Assembly (NCBI GenBank): GCA_045533775.1
Contig: JAZSIK010000003.1
Coordinates: forward strand, 468 to 64,467
DNA length: 64,000 nt
Reading direction: 5' to 3'
Source: Eubacteriales bacterium
GTDB lineage: Bacteria; Bacillota; Clostridia; Oscillospirales; CAG-272
The translations under genes and the position numbers were made by a program. Of the stretch, positions 33,123-41,499 are shown piece by piece. How positions within the stretch are numbered: position 1 is the stretch's first letter; each line of letters starts with the position of its first letter. The notes beneath the pieces are model-generated. The model was not told where the DNA came from and did not search any database. It was given only the letters and a program-made list of their open reading frames with translations.

Positions 33123-33790
33123 TTTATCACCGCCTTATATCCCAGACCGTGAACGGTAAGTATCTCAAAGGAGTCGCACTCCGAGAGCTTGGAGCGGAGC
33201 TTTGTCATATAGACATCCACCGTTCTGGTGCTTGCCTGTGTGTCCACGTCCCAGAACTCATCCATCAGCTGAGTGCGGGTAAAGGTCTTTTTCGGATAGG
33301 AGAGCAGCTTGTAGAGCAAGTCAAACTCCCTTGCGGTAAGCGATATTTCCTCGCCTCTCAGGGTTGCGCTTCTCTCATCGGTATCCATTATGAACTCGCC
33401 TACCTCAAGGCGACGGCTGGAGGCAATTTTTGCCCGTCTCAGCAAAGCGCCGATGCGGAGAAAGAGCTCGTCAAGGTCAATAGGCTTTACCATATAATCG
33501 TCAATGCCTATCCTGTATCCTCTCTGCTTCGCGGCAAAGTCATCTCTCGCGGTCATAAAGAGGATGGGAATGTCGCTGTTCAGCGAGCGCACAGTCTTTG
33601 CCAGCTCAAAGCCGTCAATATCCGGCATCATAATATCAGATACGATAAGGTCAAAGGTGGTCTTATACATCTCGTCATAGGCGGCCTCTGCGCAAAAGCA
33701 GCCTACAGCCTCATATCCCGAGCTGTTAAGAAATGAGCATACACTGCGGTTAAGCTCTCTGTCATCCTCCACAACCAATATTTTGAACAT
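33119..33790 (-). CDS. OmpR-family response regulator
   Basis: Receiver domain (ILVVEDD...DLIVSDIMMPDIDG) and a winged-helix C-terminus (LTAREFDLLYKLL...VDVYMTKLRSKL). Confidence 0.9.
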   Translation of the reverse strand: MFKILVVEDDRELNRSVCSFLNSSGYEAVGCFCAEAAYDEMYKTTFDLIVSDIMMPDIDGFELAKTVRSLNSDIPILFMTARDDFAAKQRGYRIGIDDYMVKPIDLDELFLRIGALLRRAKIASSRRLEVGEFIMDTDERSATLRGEEISLTAREFDLLYKLLSYPKKTFTRTQLMDEFWDVDTQASTRTVDVYMTKLRSKLSECDSFEILTVHGLGYKAVIK

Positions 33791-33912
33791 ATTTTTCCTC
33801 CGAAGGGCAGTTTTTCTTATATTATAGCACAGTTTAGCACAAAAATGTTAAGATTTTGTTGCTGTTTTGCCCTTTTTACCTCAAAAACGCCAACCGAAAG
33901 CCCCCCAAGATC

Positions 33913-34230
33913 TTATACCATGCTTGTTTTCTTCAGTACGGTATTGCTGATAGCACCGAGACCGAAGGCAAACATAGCGCCACCTGCTATACATAGCATA
34001 AGATTTATATGTGTGGAGCCGAGGGGTGTTATCATTGACACCATCATAAAGATCTCGCCACCGTCGGGAACCAGGTGTCCGCAGATCAGCTTTTCGGTAG
34101 TGGATTTGCCCGAGCCGTTCTCACCGATAAAGCCGTATATAGCCCCCTTTGGAACGGTCATATTCAAATGATCCACCGCATACATACCGCGAAAGCTCTT
34201 GGACAGATTTCTGATTTCAATAGCGTTCAT
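33913..34230 (-). pseudogene. Remnant of an ABC transporter: ATPase N-terminus fused to a hydrophobic tail
   Basis: The first roughly 60 aa are a normal ABC ATPase start with Walker A (IEIRNLSKSF...GFIGENGSGKSTT...PDGGEI). The ORF then switches to a hydrophobic, permease-like 45 aa and stops. The Q-loop, signature and Walker B motifs are all missing. Confidence 0.65.
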
Positions 34231-34360
34231 TTTGTCTCCTTTGGTTGAGTTTTTTTGGTTTTGTGCTTGTAGTATACACCCCTTTTGTTTTTGAGCTTTT
34301 TATGAAATGTTTTTGTTTTGTTAATTCTGCATTTTTTTGGAATCGGGTCGGTTCGGTAAA

Positions 34361-34392
34361 AAGAAAAGCACCGCAAAAGCGGTGCTTTTCTA
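34361..34392. terminator. Bidirectional terminator downstream of the serpin gene
   Basis: AAAAGCACCGC (34364-34374), loop AAAA, GCGGTGCTTTT (34379-34389). Confidence 0.75.
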
Positions 34393-34402
34393 TAATGCTT
34401 AT

Positions 34403-35719
34403 TTATTTTATGCTATTGATAACGCCTGAGAAGAGTACCACCCCGTAGGCATCGGTGAGGATAAAGCCAAAGGCACCGTCTACCGCGTAATCGTGGTAAA
34501 CATCGGTATAGGGACCGGGTCCTGCCGCACCTGCCCCGGGAATAACGGTGACAGCCGCACCCTCAATACCTCTGGCGTTTACATCTATGCTGCACTTATG
34601 GATAACTCCCTCGCAGGCGATCTCGGCGTCGGTGATACCCGAAAAGTCGCATCTCTTAATATCAAAGAGCGACTCTATACCAAAGTCCTCGCGAAGAATA
34701 TCGGCAATATCTCCGTCATAATCTGCCTTGTACTCGGGGAACAGGACTCTTGTGTGGTGGAGGAGCATATTTTCGTCATCCTTATAGCCCCAATCGGTGA
34801 AATTATTTACGGTATAAATATTCTCGGGAGTGAACACCTCATCAAGCGTGCGTCCCTCGCTCGGGAGAATGAACTTAATGTCAAATCCGTGGTTTGTGCG
34901 TGTGAAGAAGGAGGTAAAGCCATCTCCCTCGTATGCCTTGCCGTTGAAGTAATAGCCTCTGAGCAGGAAGGTCTTTTTTACGCTGCCGTCAGCATTTCTG
35001 AAATCGTATACATCGTCGGCAAATCTCAGCTCATCACCAAAGGCGTTCCATATTTCCTTAAGATAGAAGGTGTTGATAAGGGTTATCAGCGTCTCAGGAG
35101 AAAGATCAAGTCCTGCGTCAATCACGCCGTGAGTTTTGTCCTTGATGTAAGCGTTGATAGCGCGGCTCGCATTGCTGCTCATAAAATCCACGCGGAAGAG
35201 ATCGCAGTTAAAGTTTTGCGCCAGGTTGTCAATACCCGATCGGTGAAGCTCTACCCCGTCGTCAGCCCAGATGGAGTTGGAAAGCTCCTCAAAGGCGGAT
35301 ACCCTCTTGTTTTCCAGCATATCGGTGTAGTAGAACTCGCGGTTGGAAAAGGCGTAGAGGTACTTGGTAAAGTCACGCACCTCCTCATAGCCGACACCGA
35401 CAGCCCTCAGCATCTCCTCTCTTGTTTCTCCACCGCTACATTCGGTGGCAAGAGCCAGCGCCATATATACAGAAACAGGAGAAATGCAAATATTTGTTTG
35501 CATTTCGCTATCAAAACAGATCTCATATGTAAGCTTTGCGGCAAATCGCTCAAGCTTATCAATAAACTGAACATAGTCCTCAGCGCGGGCATCATTATAG
35601 CTAACGCTGATTTTTTCGGCAGCGGGAGCAAGCATATCCTTCTCATACTCCGCGTCAAAGCAGGACATAAGCGACAGACATAGCGACAGGACAAGAGCGA
35701 GCGAAACGATCTTCTTCAT
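34403..35719 (-). CDS. Serpin-family lipoprotein (serine protease inhibitor)
   Basis: Lipobox LSLMSC. Serpin motifs ICISPVSVYMALALATECSGGETREEM and NTFYLKEIW, hinge-like RGIEGAAVTV, then a Gly/Ala/Pro-rich loop and AVDGAFGFIL. Confidence 0.8.
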   Translation of the reverse strand: MKKIVSLALVLSLCLSLMSCFDAEYEKDMLAPAAEKISVSYNDARAEDYVQFIDKLERFAAKLTYEICFDSEMQTNICISPVSVYMALALATECSGGETREEMLRAVGVGYEEVRDFTKYLYAFSNREFYYTDMLENKRVSAFEELSNSIWADDGVELHRSGIDNLAQNFNCDLFRVDFMSSNASRAINAYIKDKTHGVIDAGLDLSPETLITLINTFYLKEIWNAFGDELRFADDVYDFRNADGSVKKTFLLRGYYFNGKAYEGDGFTSFFTRTNHGFDIKFILPSEGRTLDEVFTPENIYTVNNFTDWGYKDDENMLLHHTRVLFPEYKADYDGDIADILREDFGIESLFDIKRCDFSGITDAEIACEGVIHKCSIDVNARGIEGAAVTVIPGAGAAGPGPYTDVYHDYAVDGAFGFILTDAYGVVLFSGVINSIK

Positions 35720-35904
35720 ATGAAAAACCTCCTTTTGATTTATTATACAGAAAAAGCGACATCAAGTCAATAGCCTTCACTATATATGACACCGCCAATT
35801 AATAAAAGGTTACACGAAAAAACTTTTTTCTTACACTGATAAGGTCAAAGCGTCAACGATAAGTCCGATCGTCCATTGGTGCATATGCAAAAGCGCAGAC
35901 GTTG

Positions 35905-35953
35905 TTATTTTTTACAAAAAATCCCCGAGGCTTGCATAGGCTTGCCTCGGGGG
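35905..35953 (-). terminator. Terminator ending the fructan locus
   Basis: CCCCGAGGC (35923-35931) pairs with GCCTCGGGG (35944-35952). On the minus strand it is followed by ATTTTTTGT. Confidence 0.65.
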
Positions 35954-36005
35954 TTATTAAGCTGTTATCAATGCTTTTACCTTTGATAATGCTTTTTTTG
36001 TGCCA

Positions 36006-37367
36006 TCAGGCCTTTGTAATTACATCTGCTCTTTCATAAGTGCAGCTCTCGGCATTTACAGAAAGCTCTAAGCTCTCTGCCCCGTCGGGCGGATAGATGG
36101 TTGCCGACAGGACTCTGCCATCCTCAAATATCTCTACCGAGAAGTCGTCCATAACGACAGTAAGTGTCACTTCTCTCTCACCGGAGTAGGGCATACGGCG
36201 TATGCCATTCAGAGAATCGGCATCCTTTTCCACACCGACGATCGCCTCGCCGGATCTTGAGCGATCAAGCACCCACTCTCCGTCCTTTAATGTCAGAGAG
36301 GTATAGCTCTCTCCGTCGGAGCGCAGCTTCAGCTCCAGGGCGTCAAGCTCGGTTGCCTTGATAGTAACAACGCCTCTCGTGACCCGATCGGTGAGCCTGT
36401 CGGATACGGCAGCCTTATAAGCCTCGGCACAATTAACAACGGGCTCCTGACAGAGTCTGTCACCCTTAAGGGAGACTGCTCTCGGTACTGTCAGCATACC
36501 TGCAAAGCCGTATTTTGCCGAGGGAACATTTCTGTCCCACATATTAAGCCATCCCATTATCACAGGTCTGCCCGCGAAGGTCTGGGGAGCGTAATGATCA
36601 AATCCCCAGTCGGTAATACCGCGGAAGGACTCACAGAATCTGCCCGTAGAATAATCAATTCTACCGATTGCCCAGCGGCTGGTATGCACATTAAGATGGG
36701 TGCCGTTCTCACTGGGCTGATACTGCTCGCAGAATAGAAGATATCCCAGCTCCTCATTATAATCGGGGCACTCTATCATCGTGCCGGCAGAATCGCTGTC
36801 AAAGAGGTCGCCAACAAACTCCCAGCTGAACAGATCCGCCGATTTGAACATAAGTATTCTGCCCCTGCCCGAAATCTTTCTCGCCGCAACGATACACCAG
36901 AAAAAGCCGTCGTGCCGCCAGACCTTAGGGTCGCGAAAGTCACAGGGCGCATATCCCTCGGGCAAAAGCTCCTCGCCGATAATAATACCGTGCTTCTTGA
37001 AGCTGATGCCATCCGAGCTTTCTGCCAGGCACTGAACCTGTCTTATGCTGTCGCCGCCCTGATTCTCTATAAAACCGGTGTACACGAGCCACAGTCTGTC
37101 GTCGTGAACTATCGCGCTGCCCGAAAAGCAACCGTCCTTATCACAGTCATCACCCGGTATCAGGGCCACGGGCAGATACTCCCAGCTTGTCAGATCGTTG
37201 CTGACAACGTGTCCCCAATGCATCGGACCCCACTTGGTATCATATGGATGATACTGGAAAAAGGCGTGGTACTGACCCTTATAAAAAATCAAGCCGTTCG
37301 GATCGTTTATCCAGCCTCTTTCTCCCGTTATATGAAAAGCAGGCTCTTTTATTTTGGTAATTGCCAT
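36006..37367 (-). CDS. Cytoplasmic GH32 beta-fructofuranosidase / sucrose-6-phosphate hydrolase-like
   Basis: No signal peptide. GH32 motifs WINDPNG, FRDPKV and IECPD. Confidence 0.85.
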   Translation of the reverse strand: MAITKIKEPAFHITGERGWINDPNGLIFYKGQYHAFFQYHPYDTKWGPMHWGHVVSNDLTSWEYLPVALIPGDDCDKDGCFSGSAIVHDDRLWLVYTGFIENQGGDSIRQVQCLAESSDGISFKKHGIIIGEELLPEGYAPCDFRDPKVWRHDGFFWCIVAARKISGRGRILMFKSADLFSWEFVGDLFDSDSAGTMIECPDYNEELGYLLFCEQYQPSENGTHLNVHTSRWAIGRIDYSTGRFCESFRGITDWGFDHYAPQTFAGRPVIMGWLNMWDRNVPSAKYGFAGMLTVPRAVSLKGDRLCQEPVVNCAEAYKAAVSDRLTDRVTRGVVTIKATELDALELKLRSDGESYTSLTLKDGEWVLDRSRSGEAIVGVEKDADSLNGIRRMPYSGEREVTLTVVMDDFSVEIFEDGRVLSATIYPPDGAESLELSVNAESCTYERADVITKA

Positions 37368-37388
37368 ATTAGTTTCTCGCTTCTTTGC

Positions 37389-37408
37389 CCCCGCCCGTTT
37401 GGGCGGGG
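37389..37408. other. Intercistronic GC hairpin
   Basis: CCCCGCCC-GTTT-GGGCGGGG, located between the 1319-aa gene and the GH32 gene. Confidence 0.55.
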
Positions 37409-37432
37409 TATATGTTTACTGTTTTCGTTTGT

Positions 37433-40400
37433 TTACTGGATCGCCGCGATAAAGCCCTCGGGAGCCGACTCAAGATTTACTTTGAAGTCGTCAACAACGA
37501 AGCAGCCGTAGTCTGCGGTAGAGTTGTCAACCACTCTGAAGAAGCAGTTAACCTCTACACCCTGATACTGATAGTAGTAAGCGTTCATTCTGGTGTTAGC
37601 CTTACCCTCAGCGTCATTGTAGAATCTCGCGATAACAGAGCCGTCTGCTCTGCAAAGCTCAATGTACACATCGTGGTTCCGACCGCCACCTGCACCGCCG
37701 AATCTGAAGGATACGAAGGCGCCCTGCTTTAAGCTGAAGGTGGAGCTCTGAAGAGTACCCTTGGAGCTCTCGCAGTTTATGTCACCGGGCTGTACGAAGG
37801 TCATAAGGTAGTCGCCGTCCTTGGTATCGCCGTTCCGGGTGTACCAGTCAACCTCAATCTCGCTATTCTGTACCCAGCCGAGAGTATTATGTGCGCCCGC
37901 CTCGGTAATGTTCATAGTCCAGCCGTCAAGGTTGCCGCTCTCAAAGCTGCCGTTGTCAACAGTATATTTAAGGTCGCCCTTAATATCATTTGCAACGATT
38001 CCCTCGGGGAGCTTATCAAGGCTTGCATAGTAGGTCACAACGTTATCAAAGGATACGCAGCCCCAGTTATTCTCAGCCTGGTCAACAACCTGGAGTCTGA
38101 GAGTTCTGCCAATGTATGCGGAAAGGTCTGCAACATAGAGCTTGAGAACTGCGTCCTGCATCTCCTGCTGATGATATCTTGCAAGCATCTCGCCTGTAAC
38201 GGCATCAATAACCTGAACATAACAAAGCTCGTTGCCACCGCCACCGAGCATAAAGGTAATGTAACCTGTGCCGCCGAGCTCAAAGATAGAGCTGGTGAGC
38301 ACACCGCGGTTGCCCTCTCTGCCGTTGCCGAGCTTGATAAGATTGCCCTCTTCATCAAGTCTTGCATCCTCAACGCCGCTGTAAAGGAAGCCGCCGTCCT
38401 TGCCGTAATCCACGCCGCTGAAGAACTTATCTGCGTTGGTTACTGCGCCGGGCTGACCGTCATTCCACCAGCCCTGAACGTCGCCCATCTCAAAGCCGCC
38501 GTTGAAGATGTCGTAAATTGTATCGGGAAGCTCATAGCTTACCGCGCAGGCCTCATTGAAGCCGTCGGGCTCGCTCTCATAATAGGTAACGAAGCTATCT
38601 GCGAAGAAGAGGCCGTAGCCGCTGTCCGCGTTATCGCTGATGCGGAAGAATACCTCTTTGCCCATAAACTCGGAGAGATCTGCCTTGTATGCCACAAGGG
38701 TGCATCCGCTCTTTACATCATTGGTGCGATCCGCCCAGAGTCCGTTGTAGAAGCGGGCAAGGATCTCCTTTGTCTCTGCGTCAACCACATCAACATAGAC
38801 ATAGTTCTCGTCTCTCATTGCGCCAACCTTGAAGGTTACAAAGCCACAACCGCCAACCTTGAAGCTTGCGGAGGTGAGAGAGCCTACATTCTTCTCAAGA
38901 TCAGGGGACGCATATGCGGAGAACATTTTCTCACCGTCAAGACCGAACTCAAAGCCTGCCTCGGACTCGGGGTCATTTACCCAATAGTGTGTATCGGAGC
39001 TTACGCCACCGATGTTGCCAACCTGGGTCCAGCCCTCAAGACCGTTCTCAAAGCCGCCGTTCTCAAGTCTGCACTCGCTGGAATCCATAAGACCAAGCTT
39101 GTAGATATAGGAGACAGACTTATCGCTGCCGTTTACGGTATAGGAAACGGTTACGGTAAGGCTCACATATGTAACCTTATCGGTATACTTACCGAGAGTG
39201 TAGGTGTAGGTAGAGCCCTCAAGGGACTGTCCGTTTACAGAATATGTAAGGTTAAGCTTGCCTACATTATCAATATTCTCGGAGAGGTCAAGGGTGATAT
39301 TTTCCTTGTTTGCAAGGTTAAAGAGATCATAGCTCTTTACAAGCTCCTCGCTAAGCACGATAGGAGCGGTATCGTTGGTGATCTGGAGGGACAGCTCAAC
39401 GGTAAGCTTCTCTGCTCCGTCATAGGAGGCAGTGATAGATACGGTCACAGCGGTGGTCTCCTCCACATCGCCCGCGGTAATAGTAAATCTGCCGTCAGCA
39501 ACAGAGCTGAGAGCTACAACAGAACTGCTCGCCTTTACGGAATAGCTGATCTTGCTGAGTCCGTCGGCATTGATATAGTCGGAGATGTTGATCTCCTTTG
39601 TCTCACCGGAGGTCACTCTGAAGGACTTGTCAGCGTCCAAAACCTCGGTGATAGGTCTTACCTCAAGGGCAAGACGGGCATCGGTAAGAGCCGAGGTAGC
39701 CGCGTCAACGGTTGCCTGGGTTACTGCGATGTTGGAAAGAAGAGCCTTTGCCTCACCGAGCTTTGCAAGATATGCCTCATAGGAAGCGAGAGTGTAGTCA
39801 CCCTGCTCTGCAAGCTCAAGAGCAAGCTCTGCGAGAAGTGCGGACTTATCCGCGAGAAGATTCTCTGCGAGAACTGCACCCTCGGGAAGCTCATCGGAGG
39901 ACTCATAGTAGGTAACGAGCTCGTCAAAGAATACGACGCCCCAGCCCTCAGATGCATAGTCATGGATTACAAGTCTGATCTGCTGTCCTTTGAAGGCAGT
40001 AAGATCAATCTTATAGGTTACAAGGTTTGCAAGGAAGATCTCCTTGCCGAGAAGCTCGCGCTGTGCCTCAAAGTCGGTCACATCCGCGGGAATGTCAGCA
40101 AACTTGGTGTTGCGGTAAAGTGCAAGCACCTCGCCGTCCTTGCTCTCAATGGTGATAAATACGTTGGGGTTACCCGCACCGCCCAGCATATAAGTAGCAT
40201 AATCGCTGTTTACGGTGAAGAGGGAGGATGCCAGAGTACCCTGGGAGCCCTCAGATGCACCGTCTGCATAGGAGGAGAAGTACTTACCTACATTGAAAAT
40301 GGGGAAGTTCTGTGCGTCGGGCCAGAAATGAGTCTTTTCATCAATACCTGCGAAGGGAGCCTCGCCAAGAGTGTTGTTGAACTCCCAGCCCTCAAGTCCG

Positions 40401-41392
40401 TTCTCAAAGCTGCCGTTTACAACACTGTATTTACCTGTGTCGCGAAGGCCGAGCTTATAGGTATATTCAAGAGACGCGGGTACACCGTTCACGCTGAAGG
40501 AAACAGTTACTGTATAGGTCTCATAGGAAAGCTCCTCGGTATAGCTGCCGAGAGTGAGTGTGTACTTTGAGCCCTCAAGTGTCAGCTCGGTATCACCCTG
40601 CTTTACAGAATAAGTAAGAGGAAGATCGCCGATATTATTTACATTCTCGGAGAAGTCAAGTACAAGACTCTCCTTATTGGGGAGCAGAGCCACGTCATAC
40701 TCCTTAACAAGCTCCTCACCCTTAAGAATGGGAGCGACGTCGTTGGTAACTGTACAGGAAAGCTCAAGAGCGAGCTTTGCCTTATTGTTATAGTAAACAT
40801 TGATGGATACCTTTGCGGTAACCTTGCCGTTTACCTCGCCTGCGGTAATAGTGAACTTACCGTCTGCTACGGGGCTGAGAGATACAGCATCGCTGCTGGA
40901 CATAACCTTGTAGGTAATGCCGCTCAGACCGTTAGTGTTAATATAATCTGCCAGGACAACCTCAAGGCTGGCACCCGACATAAGATAAAGCTCTCTGTCT
41001 GCGCCCTCAACTGCCAGAACGGGTCTGACTGTAAGAGCAAGGCGAGCTGCGCTGAGAGCCGCACAGGCATTGTCAACGCTGAGCTGAGTTGCAGACTCGT
41101 CGGAGGCAACAGCCTTTGCCTCGTTAAGCTTTGTCTGATATGCGCTGAAGGAATCAGCGGTATAGTCGCCCATCTCCTTTACTTCCAATGCGATCTCCGC
41201 ATTGAGAGCGGTCTTGTCCACTGTGACAACATTGGTGTTTCCGCCGTCGCCATCGCCGCCGATGTCGGTATTGCCGCCACCATTGCCATTGTTAAAGATC
41301 TTGTCTATATACTCACAACCGACAGCAGACATACTGAAAATAAAGATGATAAGGATAGCGATTATGCCCTTTAATATAAATGTTTTCTTCAT
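37433..41392 (-). CDS. 1319-aa surface lipoprotein: 2x(FIVAR-like helical domain, Ig-like domains, NGxFE module) plus 2 further NGxFE modules
   Basis: Lipobox SAVGC. FIVAR-like segments (YTADSFSAYQTKLNEAKAV...ATQLSVDNACAALSAARLAL). Four modules starting NGSFENGLEGW, NGGFENGLEGW, NGGFEMGDVQGW and NGSFESGNLDGW. Paralogous to the C-terminal part of the 2108-aa protein. Confidence 0.8.
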   Translation of the reverse strand: MKKTFILKGIIAILIIFIFSMSAVGCEYIDKIFNNGNGGGNTDIGGDGDGGNTNVVTVDKTALNAEIALEVKEMGDYTADSFSAYQTKLNEAKAVASDESATQLSVDNACAALSAARLALTVRPVLAVEGADRELYLMSGASLEVVLADYINTNGLSGITYKVMSSSDAVSLSPVADGKFTITAGEVNGKVTAKVSINVYYNNKAKLALELSCTVTNDVAPILKGEELVKEYDVALLPNKESLVLDFSENVNNIGDLPLTYSVKQGDTELTLEGSKYTLTLGSYTEELSYETYTVTVSFSVNGVPASLEYTYKLGLRDTGKYSVVNGSFENGLEGWEFNNTLGEAPFAGIDEKTHFWPDAQNFPIFNVGKYFSSYADGASEGSQGTLASSLFTVNSDYATYMLGGAGNPNVFITIESKDGEVLALYRNTKFADIPADVTDFEAQRELLGKEIFLANLVTYKIDLTAFKGQQIRLVIHDYASEGWGVVFFDELVTYYESSDELPEGAVLAENLLADKSALLAELALELAEQGDYTLASYEAYLAKLGEAKALLSNIAVTQATVDAATSALTDARLALEVRPITEVLDADKSFRVTSGETKEINISDYINADGLSKISYSVKASSSVVALSSVADGRFTITAGDVEETTAVTVSITASYDGAEKLTVELSLQITNDTAPIVLSEELVKSYDLFNLANKENITLDLSENIDNVGKLNLTYSVNGQSLEGSTYTYTLGKYTDKVTYVSLTVTVSYTVNGSDKSVSYIYKLGLMDSSECRLENGGFENGLEGWTQVGNIGGVSSDTHYWVNDPESEAGFEFGLDGEKMFSAYASPDLEKNVGSLTSASFKVGGCGFVTFKVGAMRDENYVYVDVVDAETKEILARFYNGLWADRTNDVKSGCTLVAYKADLSEFMGKEVFFRISDNADSGYGLFFADSFVTYYESEPDGFNEACAVSYELPDTIYDIFNGGFEMGDVQGWWNDGQPGAVTNADKFFSGVDYGKDGGFLYSGVEDARLDEEGNLIKLGNGREGNRGVLTSSIFELGGTGYITFMLGGGGNELCYVQVIDAVTGEMLARYHQQEMQDAVLKLYVADLSAYIGRTLRLQVVDQAENNWGCVSFDNVVTYYASLDKLPEGIVANDIKGDLKYTVDNGSFESGNLDGWTMNITEAGAHNTLGWVQNSEIEVDWYTRNGDTKDGDYLMTFVQPGDINCESSKGTLQSSTFSLKQGAFVSFRFGGAGGGRNHDVYIELCRADGSVIARFYNDAEGKANTRMNAYYYQYQGVEVNCFFRVVDNSTADYGCFVVDDFKVNLESAPEGFIAAIQ

Positions 41393-41443
41393 TTTATATG
41401 TTCCTTATTTTGTTTTGTATTAGAGTCGTTAACGGTTTTTCTC

Positions 41444-41467
41444 TCCCCCACCGCAATGGGTGGGGGA
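41444..41467. other. Intercistronic GC hairpin
   Basis: TCCCCCACC (41444-41452) pairs with GGTGGGGGA (41459-41467). Confidence 0.55.
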
Positions 41468-41499
41468 TTTTTAGTTTTGCTGATAGTGTTTGCTAAGGA

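Noticed and set aside
33845-34171. The 108-aa plus-strand ORF in the region of the ABC remnant as a possible real small gene.
   Set aside because: It is antisense and codon-aligned to the ABC ATPase fragment, has no RBS, and has low-complexity composition.
37389-37408. Treating the GC hairpins at 37389-37408, 41444-41467 and 21661-21685 as Rho-independent terminators that split the minus-strand operons.
   Set aside because: The T tracts lie on the plus-strand side. On the transcribed strand the stems are followed by purine-rich sequence, and the next gene starts within 25-55 nt with its own RBS. They are reported instead as hairpins of uncertain function.
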